A DNA stretch of 36,755 nucleotides from an uncultured Thermodesulfovibrio sp. (GTDB taxonomy: Bacteria > Nitrospirota > Thermodesulfovibrionia > Thermodesulfovibrionales > JdFR-85). Below the pieces are notes generated by a model that did not search any database, was not told the DNA's origin, and saw only the letters and a program-made list of their open reading frames with translations. Both the position numbers and the translations under genes were made by a program. Location of the stretch: contig CAYMML010000006.1 in NCBI GenBank assembly GCA_964391515.1, positions 1 through 36,755 of the forward strand. Direction: 5' to 3'. Shown here piece after piece: positions 7,463 through 17,145 of this stretch (position 1 is the first letter of the stretch; the number at the start of each line of letters is the position of its first letter).

Positions 7463-8901
7463 TGGCACTTGAAACCAGACTTGATGTAAAACTTGCCCAG
7501 AAACTGGTGCTGACACCCCAACTCCAGCAGGCGATCAAACTGCTTCAACTCCCCCAACTTGAACTTTCTCAGGCGATCAACCAGGAACTTGCAGAAAACC
7601 CCTTCCTTGAAGAGGAACGGGAGGAGGAGTTACCTGCTACCGCTGAGGAGGAGTCTGAAAAGGAACTAAATGACGGGGTAATAGACGAAAGCCTACTTCC
7701 CCTTGAAAAACTCATGACCTTTGGGGTGGACGACTACTTTGAGGAGCGGGGAAGTGATGGACGTGATTTAGGTTACTTCACACCTGGCACAGAGACACAA
7801 CCCTCTTTTGAACAGTTCACAAGTTCCTCCACCACCCTGTACGATCACCTCTCCTGGCAACTCCGCCTGAGTCATCTCACCGATAGGGAAAAGGAGATCG
7901 GTGAGGTATTGATCGGCAATATTAACGATAACGGTTATCTAACCATATCGCTGGAAGAGATCTCTGAAACCACAGGGGCGACACCGAAAGAGGTGGAAAA
8001 GGTACTTGAGACGATTCAGAACTTTGACCCCCCCGGCATAGGTGCCCGCAACCTTAAGGAGTGCCTGACCATCCAGATAAAGGCGCTGGGGCTTGAAGGC
8101 ACCCTGGTTGAAAGGATCGTTAATGATAACCTCAGGGAACTCGAGAGGAAAAACTACCAGGCGATCGCCAGGGCGCACAATGCCACCCTTGAGGATGTGA
8201 TGCTTGCCGTGGAGATTATAGAGCAACTGGATCCAAAACCGGCAAGAAACTTCTCCTCTCAGGAAACGAACTACATAATACCGGATGTTTATGTGGAAAA
8301 GACATCAGATGGCTATAGAATCACCCTGAATGACGAGGGTATCCCCAGGCTGAGGCTCAATAACTTCTACAGAAGACTGCTCTCAAAGAAGGAGGAACTC
8401 ACACAGGACGAAAAGGCATTTCTTAAGGAAAAACTCAGGTCTGCCCTGTGGCTCATGAAGAGCCTTGATCAGAGAAACAAGACCATATACAGGGTAACGG
8501 AGAGCATTATAAGATTCCAGAGGGACTTTTTTGATTACGGCCCCTCCAGGATAAAACCGCTCAATCTCCGCGATGTGGCTCAGGATATCGATGTACATGA
8601 GAGCACCGTAAGCAGGGTCACGCTGAACAAGTATCTTGCCTGCTCCCATGGCATTTTCAGTTTCAGGTTCTTCTTCAGCAGTGCCCTTCGGTCGGAAAAC
8701 GGTGATGTTTCCTCCACTATCGTGAAGGATCTTATAAAAAAGATTATCTCGGAGGAAGACCCCCGCAGGCCTTATAGTGATCAGAAAATCTCCGATATAC
8801 TTAAAAAGAAAAATATCAAGATTGCACGCAGAACTGTAGCCAAATACCGGGAAGAACTCAAGATACCCGCACACTCAAGACGTAAGAGGCTGGACATCTG
8901 A
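7462..8901 (+). CDS. rpoN: RNA polymerase sigma-54 factor
   Basis: Region I LTPQLQQAIKLLQL, HESTVSR, RpoN box ARRTVAKYRE. Confidence 0.98.
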   Translation: MALETRLDVKLAQKLVLTPQLQQAIKLLQLPQLELSQAINQELAENPFLEEEREEELPATAEEESEKELNDGVIDESLLPLEKLMTFGVDDYFEERGSDGRDLGYFTPGTETQPSFEQFTSSSTTLYDHLSWQLRLSHLTDREKEIGEVLIGNINDNGYLTISLEEISETTGATPKEVEKVLETIQNFDPPGIGARNLKECLTIQIKALGLEGTLVERIVNDNLRELERKNYQAIARAHNATLEDVMLAVEIIEQLDPKPARNFSSQETNYIIPDVYVEKTSDGYRITLNDEGIPRLRLNNFYRRLLSKKEELTQDEKAFLKEKLRSALWLMKSLDQRNKTIYRVTESIIRFQRDFFDYGPSRIKPLNLRDVAQDIDVHESTVSRVTLNKYLACSHGIFSFRFFFSSALRSENGDVSSTIVKDLIKKIISEEDPRRPYSDQKISDILKKKNIKIARRTVAKYREELKIPAHSRRKRLDI

Positions 8902-8941
8902 GCAGTAACTCTTTAAAAAAGAGAGAGAAAGGAGGAATTTT

Positions 8942-9463
8942 ATGAACATCATTGTAACAGGGCGCCACCTGGATATCACCCCTGCCATCAGGGATTATGC
9001 TGAGGGCAAGGTGCAAAAGTTCAAGAAGTATATATCGCCTATTTCAGAGGCGGTTGTAACCCTTTCTGTGGAAAAATACAGGCATAAGGCAGAGGTTTTG
9101 CTCAAGGCAAACGGTGTTATGATACAGGCTGAGAGCGTAACAGAAGAGATATACTCAGCCATTGATGAGGTTGTTGAGAAACTTGAGCGACAGGTAAAGA
9201 AATACAAAGAGAAACTCACATCAAAAAGGAACCGTCAACCCTCCCAGAGTGAACCTCCGGTTGAGACTGAACCCGAGTTATCCGATATCAGGATCATAAA
9301 GAGAAAAAGGTTTGCCATGAAGCCAATGACCCCTGAAGAGGCCGCAATGCAGATGGAACTCCTTGATAAGGACTTCTTTGTGTTTACCAATGCCGAAAGC
9401 GGGATTATAAATGTGATCTACAAACGCAGAGACGGAGACTTCGGGCTGATTGAACCTGCCTGA
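8942..9463 (+). CDS. hpf: Ribosome hibernation promoting factor, long form
   Basis: N-terminal HPF domain plus C-terminal KPMTPEEAAMQMELL...YKRRDGDFGLIEP domain; follows rpoN. Confidence 0.95.
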   Translation: MNIIVTGRHLDITPAIRDYAEGKVQKFKKYISPISEAVVTLSVEKYRHKAEVLLKANGVMIQAESVTEEIYSAIDEVVEKLERQVKKYKEKLTSKRNRQPSQSEPPVETEPELSDIRIIKRKRFAMKPMTPEEAAMQMELLDKDFFVFTNAESGIINVIYKRRDGDFGLIEPA

Positions 9464-9473
9464 TCAATACCCC

Positions 9474-9510
9474 GGGCAGACACCCTTTCAGGGGTCTGCC
9501 CATTTCCATT
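9474..9510 (+). terminator. Stem-loop between hpf and rapZ (weak terminator or mRNA-stabilising hairpin)
   Basis: GGGCAGAC-A-CCCT ttc AGGG-GTCTGCCC followed by an interrupted T tract. Confidence 0.6.
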
Positions 9511-9514
9511 TAAA

Positions 9515-10375
9515 GTGAAGAAGAAACCAGAGGTCATAGTGATAACCGGCCTTTCCGGTGCCGGTAAAACGGTAGCCCTCCGTGCACTTGAGGATGCAGG
9601 TTTTTTCGCCATCGACAACCTTCCACTTCCACTTCTTGGGGAGGTAATCAAACTTTCCCGAAGATCCAGAAGGTTTGAAAAACTCGCCCTGGGTATTGAT
9701 ATACGGGAGAAGGAACTCCTTGAAGACCTTAACAATATATTAACACCTGCAAAGGCGGATGCAAACATCGAGATTCTTTTTCTTGAGGCGGAAAAGGGTG
9801 TGCTTTCAAGGAGATTCAAGGAGACCAGAAGGCCCCACCCCCTTTCCACAAAGGACAACACCGAGATAGAAAGCCTGATTGATAGAGAGATGTCCCTTCT
9901 TGAACCGCTGAGAGGGCACGCTAACAGGATCGTAGATACCTCATCCTATACTCCCCACCAACTGCGGTCGCTAATGATGGAGACCTATGCCCACACACAG
10001 GGAGAAAGGACAACTGTCACACTCCTTTCGTTCGGTTATAAATATGGGATTCCTCCCAACATTGACCTGCTCTTAGATATCAGGTTTCTTCCCAACCCGC
10101 ACTTTGTTACAGACCTTCGCCCACTTACAGGCCTTGATGAGCCGGTACGGGATTTTATATTTCAAAGCCCCCTTACAGCGGAATTTTTACAGAAGACCGC
10201 AGATTACCTTACTTACCTGATCCCGCACTACATTAAAGAGGGAAAGACACATATAACCATAGGTATAGGATGCACCGGCGGGCAGCACCGCTCACCTGCC
10301 ATTGTGGAAGAACTCGGGAATGTCATCTCAGAAAGACTTAAAATAGGCATAAGAAAGGTGCATCGGGAACTATGA
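9515..10375 (+). CDS. rapZ: RNase adapter RapZ / YvcJ family P-loop NTPase
   Basis: GLSGAGKT, DNLP, RRFKETRRPHPL, SFGYKYG, RFLPNPH, IGCTGGQHRS. Confidence 0.95.
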   Translation: MKKKPEVIVITGLSGAGKTVALRALEDAGFFAIDNLPLPLLGEVIKLSRRSRRFEKLALGIDIREKELLEDLNNILTPAKADANIEILFLEAEKGVLSRRFKETRRPHPLSTKDNTEIESLIDREMSLLEPLRGHANRIVDTSSYTPHQLRSLMMETYAHTQGERTTVTLLSFGYKYGIPPNIDLLLDIRFLPNPHFVTDLRPLTGLDEPVRDFIFQSPLTAEFLQKTADYLTYLIPHYIKEGKTHITIGIGCTGGQHRSPAIVEELGNVISERLKIGIRKVHREL

Positions 10376-11496
10376 TCTACCTTGACCATAATGCAACAAC
10401 CCCCATTGACGAAAGGGTAAAAGAGGCTATCTGTGAATCCCTCCACCTCTTTGGCAACCCATCAAGCGGTCACATAGAGGGAAAGAAGGCAAGGGAAGTT
10501 ATAGAACAGGCAAGGGAAAGCGTGGCGTCCCTCATTGGTGCATCAACTGATGAGGTATTTTTCACCTCCTGTGGCACCGAGTCAAACAACCTCGCCATAC
10601 TTGGGTATCTGAAAGGATACACAAAGGGGCATATAATATCATCACAGATAGAACACCCTTCCGTGCTAAAAGCCCTGAGACATGCAGAGAGCCTCGGTTT
10701 TGATGTAACTCTTATCCCCCCTGAAGGTACCGGCTCGGTCGATCCTGATGCGGTACTCAAGGCCATGAAGCGGGATACATTACTTGTAACCCTTATGCAT
10801 GCAAACAACGAGACAGGTGTAATCCAGCCAGTTGTGGAGTTGGGAAGGTTGTTAAAAGAAAGAGGAATCACATTCCACGTTGATGCAGCCCAGAGCATCG
10901 GCAAGGTGGATGTCAAGGTCTCTGAACTAAATGCAGACCTCCTGACAGTGGCTCCTCATAAGTTTTACGCCCCTAAGGGGGTGGGCGCACTGTACATCAG
11001 AAAGGGCACACAGATTGCCCCCATACTATACGGTGGTGGCCAGGAAAGAGGTCTCAGGCCAGGCACTGAAAACACCCACCTCATTGCAGGACTTGGGAGG
11101 GCAGCAGATATAATCAGAGATGAACTTCCACAGATCAGACAGCATCTTATGGAGGTAACAGAAAGGCTTTATACCGAATTAATATCAAAGATAGATGGCA
11201 TTGAGGTAAACGGAGTTGGGGAGAAGATTCCGAACACGATGAACCTCTCCATAAAAGGGGTTACAGGCCGTGCCCTTGTATCTTCCCTTGCCCATAGCGT
11301 TGCCTTTTCTGCCGGTTCTGCCTGCCATGAAGGTAAAGACACACCTTCAGAGGTGCTCATCTCTATGGGACTCAGCCGGGAAAGGGCGGTAAGTGCAGTG
11401 CGTATATCCACCGGAAGGAAGACCACTATCGCCGATGTCATCACATCTTCAGAACTGATTGCCCGTGAAACCAGGCGTCTCAGAGAAACGGTCTGA
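10372..11496 (+). CDS. Group I cysteine desulfurase (NifS/IscS family)
   Basis: YLDHNATTP, HANNETG, HVDAAQ, PLP lysine in HKFYAPKG, catalytic Cys in SAGSACH. Confidence 0.92.
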   Translation: MIYLDHNATTPIDERVKEAICESLHLFGNPSSGHIEGKKAREVIEQARESVASLIGASTDEVFFTSCGTESNNLAILGYLKGYTKGHIISSQIEHPSVLKALRHAESLGFDVTLIPPEGTGSVDPDAVLKAMKRDTLLVTLMHANNETGVIQPVVELGRLLKERGITFHVDAAQSIGKVDVKVSELNADLLTVAPHKFYAPKGVGALYIRKGTQIAPILYGGGQERGLRPGTENTHLIAGLGRAADIIRDELPQIRQHLMEVTERLYTELISKIDGIEVNGVGEKIPNTMNLSIKGVTGRALVSSLAHSVAFSAGSACHEGKDTPSEVLISMGLSRERAVSAVRISTGRKTTIADVITSSELIARETRRLRETV

Positions 11497-11516
11497 AAAT
11501 TTTTTCAAAAAAATGG

Positions 11517-11545
11517 TTGCATTTATTATTGGAATAATGTAAAAT
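11517..11545 (+). promoter_or_regulatory. Sigma70 promoter of the HU gene
   Basis: TTGCAT-N17-TAAAAT with upstream A/T tract. Confidence 0.7.
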
Positions 11546-11580
11546 TTCTACTAACAAAAATTTATAAGGGAGGTTTGTTT

Positions 11581-11865
11581 ATGAACAAAGGGGAACTTAT
11601 TGAAGCAGTGGCATCCTCGGCAGGTTTATCAAAGACTGATGCCGGCAAGGCAGTAAACGCAGTCTTTGACACCATCACCAAAACCCTGAAGAAGGGGAAA
11701 AGCGTGACGCTTGTTGGGTTTGGCACTTTCAGTGTCACCAAGACAAAGGCAAGAAAGGGGCGCAATCCTCAGACAGGCGAGACTATCAAGATCAAGGCCA
11801 AAAAGATCCCGAAATTCAAGGCTGGTAAGGGGCTAAAGGATGCTGTGGGGGGTAAGAAAAAGTAA
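11581..11865 (+). CDS. hup: DNA-binding protein HU
   Basis: MNKGELIEAVA, VGFGTF, GRNPQTGE, PKFKAGKGLKDAV; GGAGG SD before ATG 11581. Confidence 0.97.
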   Translation: MNKGELIEAVASSAGLSKTDAGKAVNAVFDTITKTLKKGKSVTLVGFGTFSVTKTKARKGRNPQTGETIKIKAKKIPKFKAGKGLKDAVGGKKK

Positions 11866-11897
11866 CCCTTAGTCTTTTTTCTGTTTTTCTTTAAAAT

Positions 11898-11934
11898 AAA
11901 ACCCCTTACAGCCTCGGGCTGTAAGGGGTTTTTT
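11898..11934 (+). terminator. Rho-independent terminator after hup
   Basis: AAAACCCCTTACAGCC-tcg-GGCTGTAAGGGGTTTT perfect stem with T tract. Confidence 0.92.
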
Positions 11935-11958
11935 GTCACAAAAAAGAGGCGCTTAAAG

Positions 11959-12267
11959 ATGAAAGATCTCATCAACATTATTCTTTCCCACATCTCACTG
12001 AAAACCCTTTTGATCGTAGTTGCCTTTTTATCCCTCATCATACTCAGGTTCTTGTTTAAGAAAATAAAACTCCAGAGCCCTTACGATGACCTTATAGATG
12101 CCTCCCGAAATGAAAACTGCAGTGAGTACGAGATATTCAAACGGGCTGCAAAGGAGTGGGATTTCACAGAAGGAAAGACAAGAGAGGACTTTAAAAGATA
12201 CCTCTGGTACGGTGAGATACCCAGATACGTGAAAGATTACGTCCAAAAGATACTGAAAAAGAGATAA
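11959..12267 (+). CDS. Hypothetical protein, one N-terminal TM helix
   Basis: 102 aa, GAGG SD, hydrophobic segment followed by an aromatic-rich soluble domain. Confidence 0.65.
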   Translation: MKDLINIILSHISLKTLLIVVAFLSLIILRFLFKKIKLQSPYDDLIDASRNENCSEYEIFKRAAKEWDFTEGKTREDFKRYLWYGEIPRYVKDYVQKILKKR

Positions 12268-12339
12268 GCCCATATTCTAAACAATTCCATTGATACCTCA
12301 AGAGGATTTATCTGAAAACTGTTTTAAAATTTTTCAATC

Positions 12340-12369
12340 TTGACAAATTTCCGTTTAAAGCCCTATACT
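12340..12369 (+). promoter_or_regulatory. Sigma70 promoter of TPR-oppD-oppF
   Basis: TTGACA-N18-TATACT. Confidence 0.7.
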
Positions 12370-12407
12370 TCAAAATCAGGCAGGCATCAACCAAGGGATG
12401 ATGAGTA

Positions 12408-13118
12408 ATGGATGAACATCTGACAGAGGTTTACGAGGAGGCAAAGCGCCTTTTTGATAAGGGTAAGTACTCCGAGGCAGAACCCCTCCTGAGGGAGGTT
12501 CTTGATAAAAACCCGGGGTATGCCGATATCCTCAACAAATTGGGCATCATTGCCAATCTGAAGGGTGAGATGCGGGAGGCTGCGAGGTGTTTCGAGGAGG
12601 CACTGAAGGTGAACCCCCGTTATACAGAGGCCGCCCTTAACCTTGCCGTAACATACAACGACCTTGGTGAGTTTGAAAGGGCTCAGGAGGTCTTTACACT
12701 TGCCGCCCAGATCGCTAACCCCACCCCTGGCTCTCTCGACCCTTACGCTGCCGGCAAACTTGCCAATGAGCATTACCGGCTTGGCAACATATATCTTGAC
12801 TTTATGATGTACGAAGATGCCGTTGACGAATACCGCAAGGCACTCAAACTCTCACCCCACTTCCCCGATGTTCATACAAAACTCGGTATAGCCCTTAGAA
12901 ACCTGGGCAGGTTTGAAGATGCCATTATCCACTTCAACACTGCAAAGGAACTCAACCCGAACTATGGGCAGGCCTGGGTACAGATGGGGCTTACCTACTA
13001 TATGAAGGGGCTTACCGGACTTGCCATTGAGGAGTGGGAAACGGCGCTCAGGAAAAACCCCGACCTGAAGGATGCCAGAAACTACCTCCAGTTGATCAAA
13101 AAGAAAGAGGAAGACTGA
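12408..13118 (+). CDS. Tetratricopeptide repeat protein
   Basis: About six TPR units (e.g. YADILNKLG, FPDVHTKLGIAL, AWVQMGLTYY). Confidence 0.9.
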   Translation: MDEHLTEVYEEAKRLFDKGKYSEAEPLLREVLDKNPGYADILNKLGIIANLKGEMREAARCFEEALKVNPRYTEAALNLAVTYNDLGEFERAQEVFTLAAQIANPTPGSLDPYAAGKLANEHYRLGNIYLDFMMYEDAVDEYRKALKLSPHFPDVHTKLGIALRNLGRFEDAIIHFNTAKELNPNYGQAWVQMGLTYYMKGLTGLAIEEWETALRKNPDLKDARNYLQLIKKKEED

Positions 13119-13124
13119 CCCTCC

Positions 13125-14117
13125 ATGCCTGAAAGAGGCATACACTCCCAAAAAACAGACCCCATTCTTGATGTAAACAACCTTCAACTGTGGATGTCAA
13201 GAAATGAAAAGAAGGTCAATATAATCTCCGGTGTATCTTTTGGTATCAAAAAAGGTGAGATATTCGGACTCGTTGGTGAAAGTGGTTCCGGGAAGAGTTT
13301 GACCGCACTGTCTATTATGCGGCTCGTTCCTCCCTTCATGAACATTGAAGGTGAGGTATTTTTCAGACAGAAAAACCAGATGACTGACCTCCTTTCCCTA
13401 CCGGCTGACGAGGTGCGAAAGATAAGGGGAAACAGTATAGCCATGGTTTTTCAGGAACCCATGACATCACTCAATCCGGTATTCACCATAGGCAGGCAGA
13501 TTGGGGAGGTGCTTGAAATTCACAGGGGACTCTCAAAGAGGGAGTCAAGAGAAAGGGCGGTCGAACTGCTCTCAAGGGTGATGATACCAGAGCCTGAAAA
13601 GAGGGTTGATGACTTTCCACACCAGTTATCCGGCGGAATGAGACAAAGGGTTATGATTGCAATGGCGATTGCATGCTCACCAGAACTACTCATCGCAGAT
13701 GAACCCACCACCGCCCTGGATGTCACAATACAGGCTGAGATAATTGACCTTTTAAGTGAGATACAGCAAAACCAGGGGATGTCTGTGCTCTTTATATCTC
13801 ATGATCTGCATCTTATTAAAGAGATTGCACATAGAGTGGCAATCATGTATGCCGGCATACTGATGGAAGAGGCTCCTGCAGAGGAGTTGTTCAGTAATCC
13901 TCTCCATCCATACACTCAGGGGCTCCTGAATTCCCTGCCAACCGAAAAGGGAAAGGAGTTAAAACCCATTCCCGGCAATGTCCCCTCTCCCGGAGAACTT
14001 CCTCAGGGCTGCCCATTCGGGCCAAGATGCCAGCTCAAGACGGTGGAGTGTGAAAAAACCCTCCCCTCTATGATCAATATAACCGCCACGCACAGTGTAA
14101 GGTGCATACACATATGA
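13125..14117 (+). CDS. oppD: Oligo/dipeptide ABC transporter ATPase, OppD/DppD
   Basis: GESGSGKS, FQEPMTSLNP, PHQLSGGMRQR, DEPTTALD, HPYT, C-terminal Cys motif. Confidence 0.9.
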   Translation: MPERGIHSQKTDPILDVNNLQLWMSRNEKKVNIISGVSFGIKKGEIFGLVGESGSGKSLTALSIMRLVPPFMNIEGEVFFRQKNQMTDLLSLPADEVRKIRGNSIAMVFQEPMTSLNPVFTIGRQIGEVLEIHRGLSKRESRERAVELLSRVMIPEPEKRVDDFPHQLSGGMRQRVMIAMAIACSPELLIADEPTTALDVTIQAEIIDLLSEIQQNQGMSVLFISHDLHLIKEIAHRVAIMYAGILMEEAPAEELFSNPLHPYTQGLLNSLPTEKGKELKPIPGNVPSPGELPQGCPFGPRCQLKTVECEKTLPSMINITATHSVRCIHI

Positions 14118-15064
14118 CGAACCAGAGGGACATCATAAGAACAGAGTCACTGACAAAGGTGTTTTTCACCGGTGGTGGGCTCTTGAGGAAAAAGAAGCCC
14201 CTCCATGCACTTACAGAAGTAAGTGTATCGGTGCCAGAGGGGAAGGTGACGGCGGTTGTCGGTGAGAGTGGCTCCGGAAAATCCACTCTTGCACGGCTGA
14301 TACTCCGTCTTATTGAGCCAACGGCTGGGAGGATATTTTACAGATCAGTGGATATAACCAGTAAAAGGGGTGGTGAGTTAAGGGAGTTCAGAAAAAAGGT
14401 TCAGGTGATATTTCAGGATCCCTTTGCCTCACTGAACCCCAGGATGAAGGTGTTCTCAACCTTATCTGAACCTTTGAAGATACATAAAACCGTTTCTGGT
14501 AGTGAGATGAAAGGGTATGTGGTCAGCCTCTTAAGGTCTGTGGGGCTTTCTGAAGATGCCCTCCATCGATACCCTCATGAGTTCAGCGGTGGACAGAGAC
14601 AACGGATTTCCATAGCCCGGGCACTTGCCCTGAAGCCGGAACTCATTATAGCAGATGAGCCACTTTCGTCACTTGACGTGTCAATCCAGGCACAAATCCT
14701 GAACCTCCTGAACAAACTCCGAGAGGAATACAACCTCTCCTTCCTGTTCATCAGTCATGATCTAAACGTTGTAAGGTACTTTTCAGACTATGTTTATGTC
14801 ATGTACCTTGGAGAGGTGGTGGAGGCAGCGGATGCCGATGAACTCTTCAACAACCCCCTCCACCCTTATACCAGGCGCCTCCTTGAGGCCATCCCAGGCA
14901 AAAGGAAGTACCGGGTCTCAGATACACCATCTCCCTCCCTCGGGGAAATCAACGAAAATGGCTGCCGGTTTTATCCCAGATGTCCAGACCGCCTCCCTGA
15001 TTGCAGGGACAACAGGCCCTCCCTTAAAGAAAAAACCGCCCATCTCATCGCCTGCAATAAATAA
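14114..15064 (+). CDS. oppF: Oligo/dipeptide ABC transporter ATPase, OppF/DppF
   Basis: GESGSGKST, FQDPFASLNPR, YPHEFSGGQRQR; start at ATG 14114 gives an ATGA overlap with oppD. Confidence 0.9.
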   Translation: MTNQRDIIRTESLTKVFFTGGGLLRKKKPLHALTEVSVSVPEGKVTAVVGESGSGKSTLARLILRLIEPTAGRIFYRSVDITSKRGGELREFRKKVQVIFQDPFASLNPRMKVFSTLSEPLKIHKTVSGSEMKGYVVSLLRSVGLSEDALHRYPHEFSGGQRQRISIARALALKPELIIADEPLSSLDVSIQAQILNLLNKLREEYNLSFLFISHDLNVVRYFSDYVYVMYLGEVVEAADADELFNNPLHPYTRRLLEAIPGKRKYRVSDTPSPSLGEINENGCRFYPRCPDRLPDCRDNRPSLKEKTAHLIACNK

Positions 15065-15202
15065 TCGTACCACCTGGTATTTCACAAAATGAAGGGGTTG
15101 ATAAAGACAATGACTATACAATAGTTATACAATACGGTATGATTGGAGAGGCCGGTTCATGATAGGAGGGTTGGGTAATCATCTGATTTTTTAAAAGGAA
15201 AA

Positions 15203-15279
<77 letters not shown>

Positions 15280-15397
15280 ACATGTTTTTTTCAAAGTTAT
15301 TATGTTACCGGATCATTAAGTCATTGGGTTAGAAGATCTCCATCTATAAAGCCCCTACCAACTCTTTAACCCAACAACCTAATTACTTGTATTTTAA

Positions 15398-15474
15398 TGG
15401 CGCGCCTGAGAGGATTCGAACCCCTGACCTGAGGTTCCGGAGACCTCCGCTCTATCCAACTGAGCTACAGGCGC
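15398..15474 (-). tRNA. tRNA-Arg(CCG)
   Basis: GCGCCTGTAGCTCAG...GAGGT CT-CCG-GA ACCTC...GGTTCGAATCC...CAGGCGCGCCA. Confidence 0.97.
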
Positions 15475-15481
15475 CTTATAA

Positions 15482-15511
15482 ATAATAGTTTATTCAACAT
15501 TTTTTAGTCAA
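15482..15511 (-). promoter_or_regulatory. Sigma70 promoter of tRNA-Arg/tRNA-Lys
   Basis: Minus strand TTGACT-N18-TATTAT just upstream of tRNA-Arg. Confidence 0.65.
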
Positions 15512-15565
15512 GTTTCGTGTCTTTTCGTTGGTCTTTTCTGTTATAATTATAAGTTGAGCATTGTT

Positions 15566-15655
15566 GGAGGGGTGGCCGAGTGGTTGAAGGCGTCGGTCTT
15601 GAAAACCGATGTGGGGGCAACTCCACCGTGGGTTCGAATCCCACCCCCTCCGCCA
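15566..15655 (+). tRNA. tRNA-Ser(TGA)
   Basis: GGAGGGGTGGCCGAGTGG...TCGGT CT-TGA-AA ACCGA, long variable arm, GGTTCGAATCC, ...CTCCGCCA; 90 nt. Confidence 0.97.
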
Positions 15656-15749
15656 GGAGACTGAAGAAGGCTATGGCCTGTCCCTGGCTTCAGGCAGGTC
15701 ATAAATCAAGATAAAAATTACACTTTTTTTTGGAGTTAAAGGAGGAATT

Positions 15750-16172
15750 ATGACTGATAGAATCAGAAACAGAAAAGGATTCACACTGATAGAACTTTTA
15801 GTTGTAATGGTCATCATTGGACTTCTTGCGGCACTTGTGGGACCAAAACTCTTTCCGAAACTTGGAAAGGGGAAACAGTCTGCCGCAAAGGCACAGATAG
15901 AGATGCTCGGACAGGCACTCGATCAGTTCAGACTTGACACCGGAAGATACCCCACAACCTCTGAAGGGCTTGATGCCCTTCTTCAGAATCCCGGGGTGGA
16001 GGGCTGGGATGGCCCTTATCTCAGGAAAAATAAGATACCGAAAGACCCGTGGGGGCATCCCTACGAGTACCAGTCTCCCGGCTCACATGGTGACTACGAT
16101 CTGCTGTCCTATGGAAGGGATGGTGCACCCGGAGGAGATGGAGAAGATAAGGATGTTGTAAGTTGGGAATAA
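15750..16172 (+). CDS. gspG: Type II secretion major pseudopilin GspG
   Basis: RKG|FTLIELL prepilin site, LDTGRYPTT, WDGPYL, DPWGHPY, SYGRDG. Confidence 0.96.
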   Translation: MTDRIRNRKGFTLIELLVVMVIIGLLAALVGPKLFPKLGKGKQSAAKAQIEMLGQALDQFRLDTGRYPTTSEGLDALLQNPGVEGWDGPYLRKNKIPKDPWGHPYEYQSPGSHGDYDLLSYGRDGAPGGDGEDKDVVSWE

Positions 16173-16214
16173 GAGCCACCTGTTAAGGCCTACCTTATGA
16201 TATCATATTAGTTA

Positions 16215-16757
16215 ATGAAAGCCGGTCGCCATATTCCTTTCTTACCGAAGCAATCCGACCTTGCAGAAAAACAGTATGGTTTCACCCTCTTAGAACTCCT
16301 TGTAGTCCTGGTATTAGTGGGCATAATTGCGGCAATCGTCTCACTGTCTATAGGAGTAGCCCAGAAGAAGACTCAACTTAGAGATGCGGCAAGGAGGGCA
16401 TACCTGCAGATTCGCCATGCACGGGAGGTGGCAGTCCTTGAAAAGAAATATGTCTCCCTATCAATCTCCGACGAGGGCGATGCATATACCATAAGATCGG
16501 GAACTGAAAGTAAAGAGGCGGAGTTACAAACCGGAGATGATAACGGGAAAAGACCGGCAGGGAACTCAGATATCCTCTATCAGGTAAAAATGCCAACAGG
16601 GATTAATATCTCAGGAAAGACAATAGTGTTTTACCCAAGGGGTGATTCCACGGGAGGAAAACTCCTGATTACCGACCGGGATGGCCGTAGTTATATGATA
16701 ATGGTAGATGAGTTTTCAGGCAAGGTGAGGTTGAAGCGTGGAAATGATCTATCTTAG
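16215..16757 (+). CDS. gspH: Minor pseudopilin GspH
   Basis: G|FTLLELL, FYPRGDSTGG; follows gspG. Confidence 0.85.
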   Translation: MKAGRHIPFLPKQSDLAEKQYGFTLLELLVVLVLVGIIAAIVSLSIGVAQKKTQLRDAARRAYLQIRHAREVAVLEKKYVSLSISDEGDAYTIRSGTESKEAELQTGDDNGKRPAGNSDILYQVKMPTGINISGKTIVFYPRGDSTGGKLLITDRDGRSYMIMVDEFSGKVRLKRGNDLS

Positions 16758-17145
16758 CAAAAAAAGACCACCCATCTTTTTCAAAAACGGCTTCAGTCTG
16801 CTTGAGGTAATGGTGGCGGTTGCAATCCTTGGGATTAGCGTGGTGGCACTGTTTCAGGTATTTTCTGCAGGACTGAGGGGAACCAAAAAGGTCGAGGACT
16901 ACACAAGGGCACTGATTATAGGGCGGAGTCTTATGGATGAGGCCTATACAGTTCCTGATCCTGAGGAGTTATCTGGAGTGGAAGAGTTCGACGGTGGCTT
17001 TACTACTCGCAGAGAGGTAACAGAACTGCCTTCCGATGATATAAATGGAATTCTTTATCTCATAGAGGTTGAGGTGCAATGGGGGAGAAAAGGCAGACTC
17101 ATCCTCAGAGGTAAACGGTTTATCCCCGCAGGGGAGGCAGGATGA
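16738..17145 (+). CDS. gspI: Minor pseudopilin GspI (start may be ATG 16744)
   Basis: G|FSLLEVMVAVAI, size, and IEVEVQW near the C-terminus. Confidence 0.82.
   Translation: MEMIYLSKKRPPIFFKNGFSLLEVMVAVAILGISVVALFQVFSAGLRGTKKVEDYTRALIIGRSLMDEAYTVPDPEELSGVEEFDGGFTTRREVTELPSDDINGILYLIEVEVQWGRKGRLILRGKRFIPAGEAG

Noticed and set aside
11494-12337. Shared AAAATTTTT(T)CAA upstream of the hup and TPR promoters
   Set aside because: Consistent with generic A/T-rich UP elements rather than a specific operator.
15566-15655. Possible tRNA-Sec, given the selenoprotein
   Set aside because: Anticodon is TGA (reads UCA, Ser), not TCA, and the acceptor stem is a normal 7 bp.
16196-16207. Palindrome TATGATATCATA resembling the 1978 operator
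   Set aside because: Lacks the 4-bp spacer needed for a Crp/Fnr dimer; better read as a possible extended -10.
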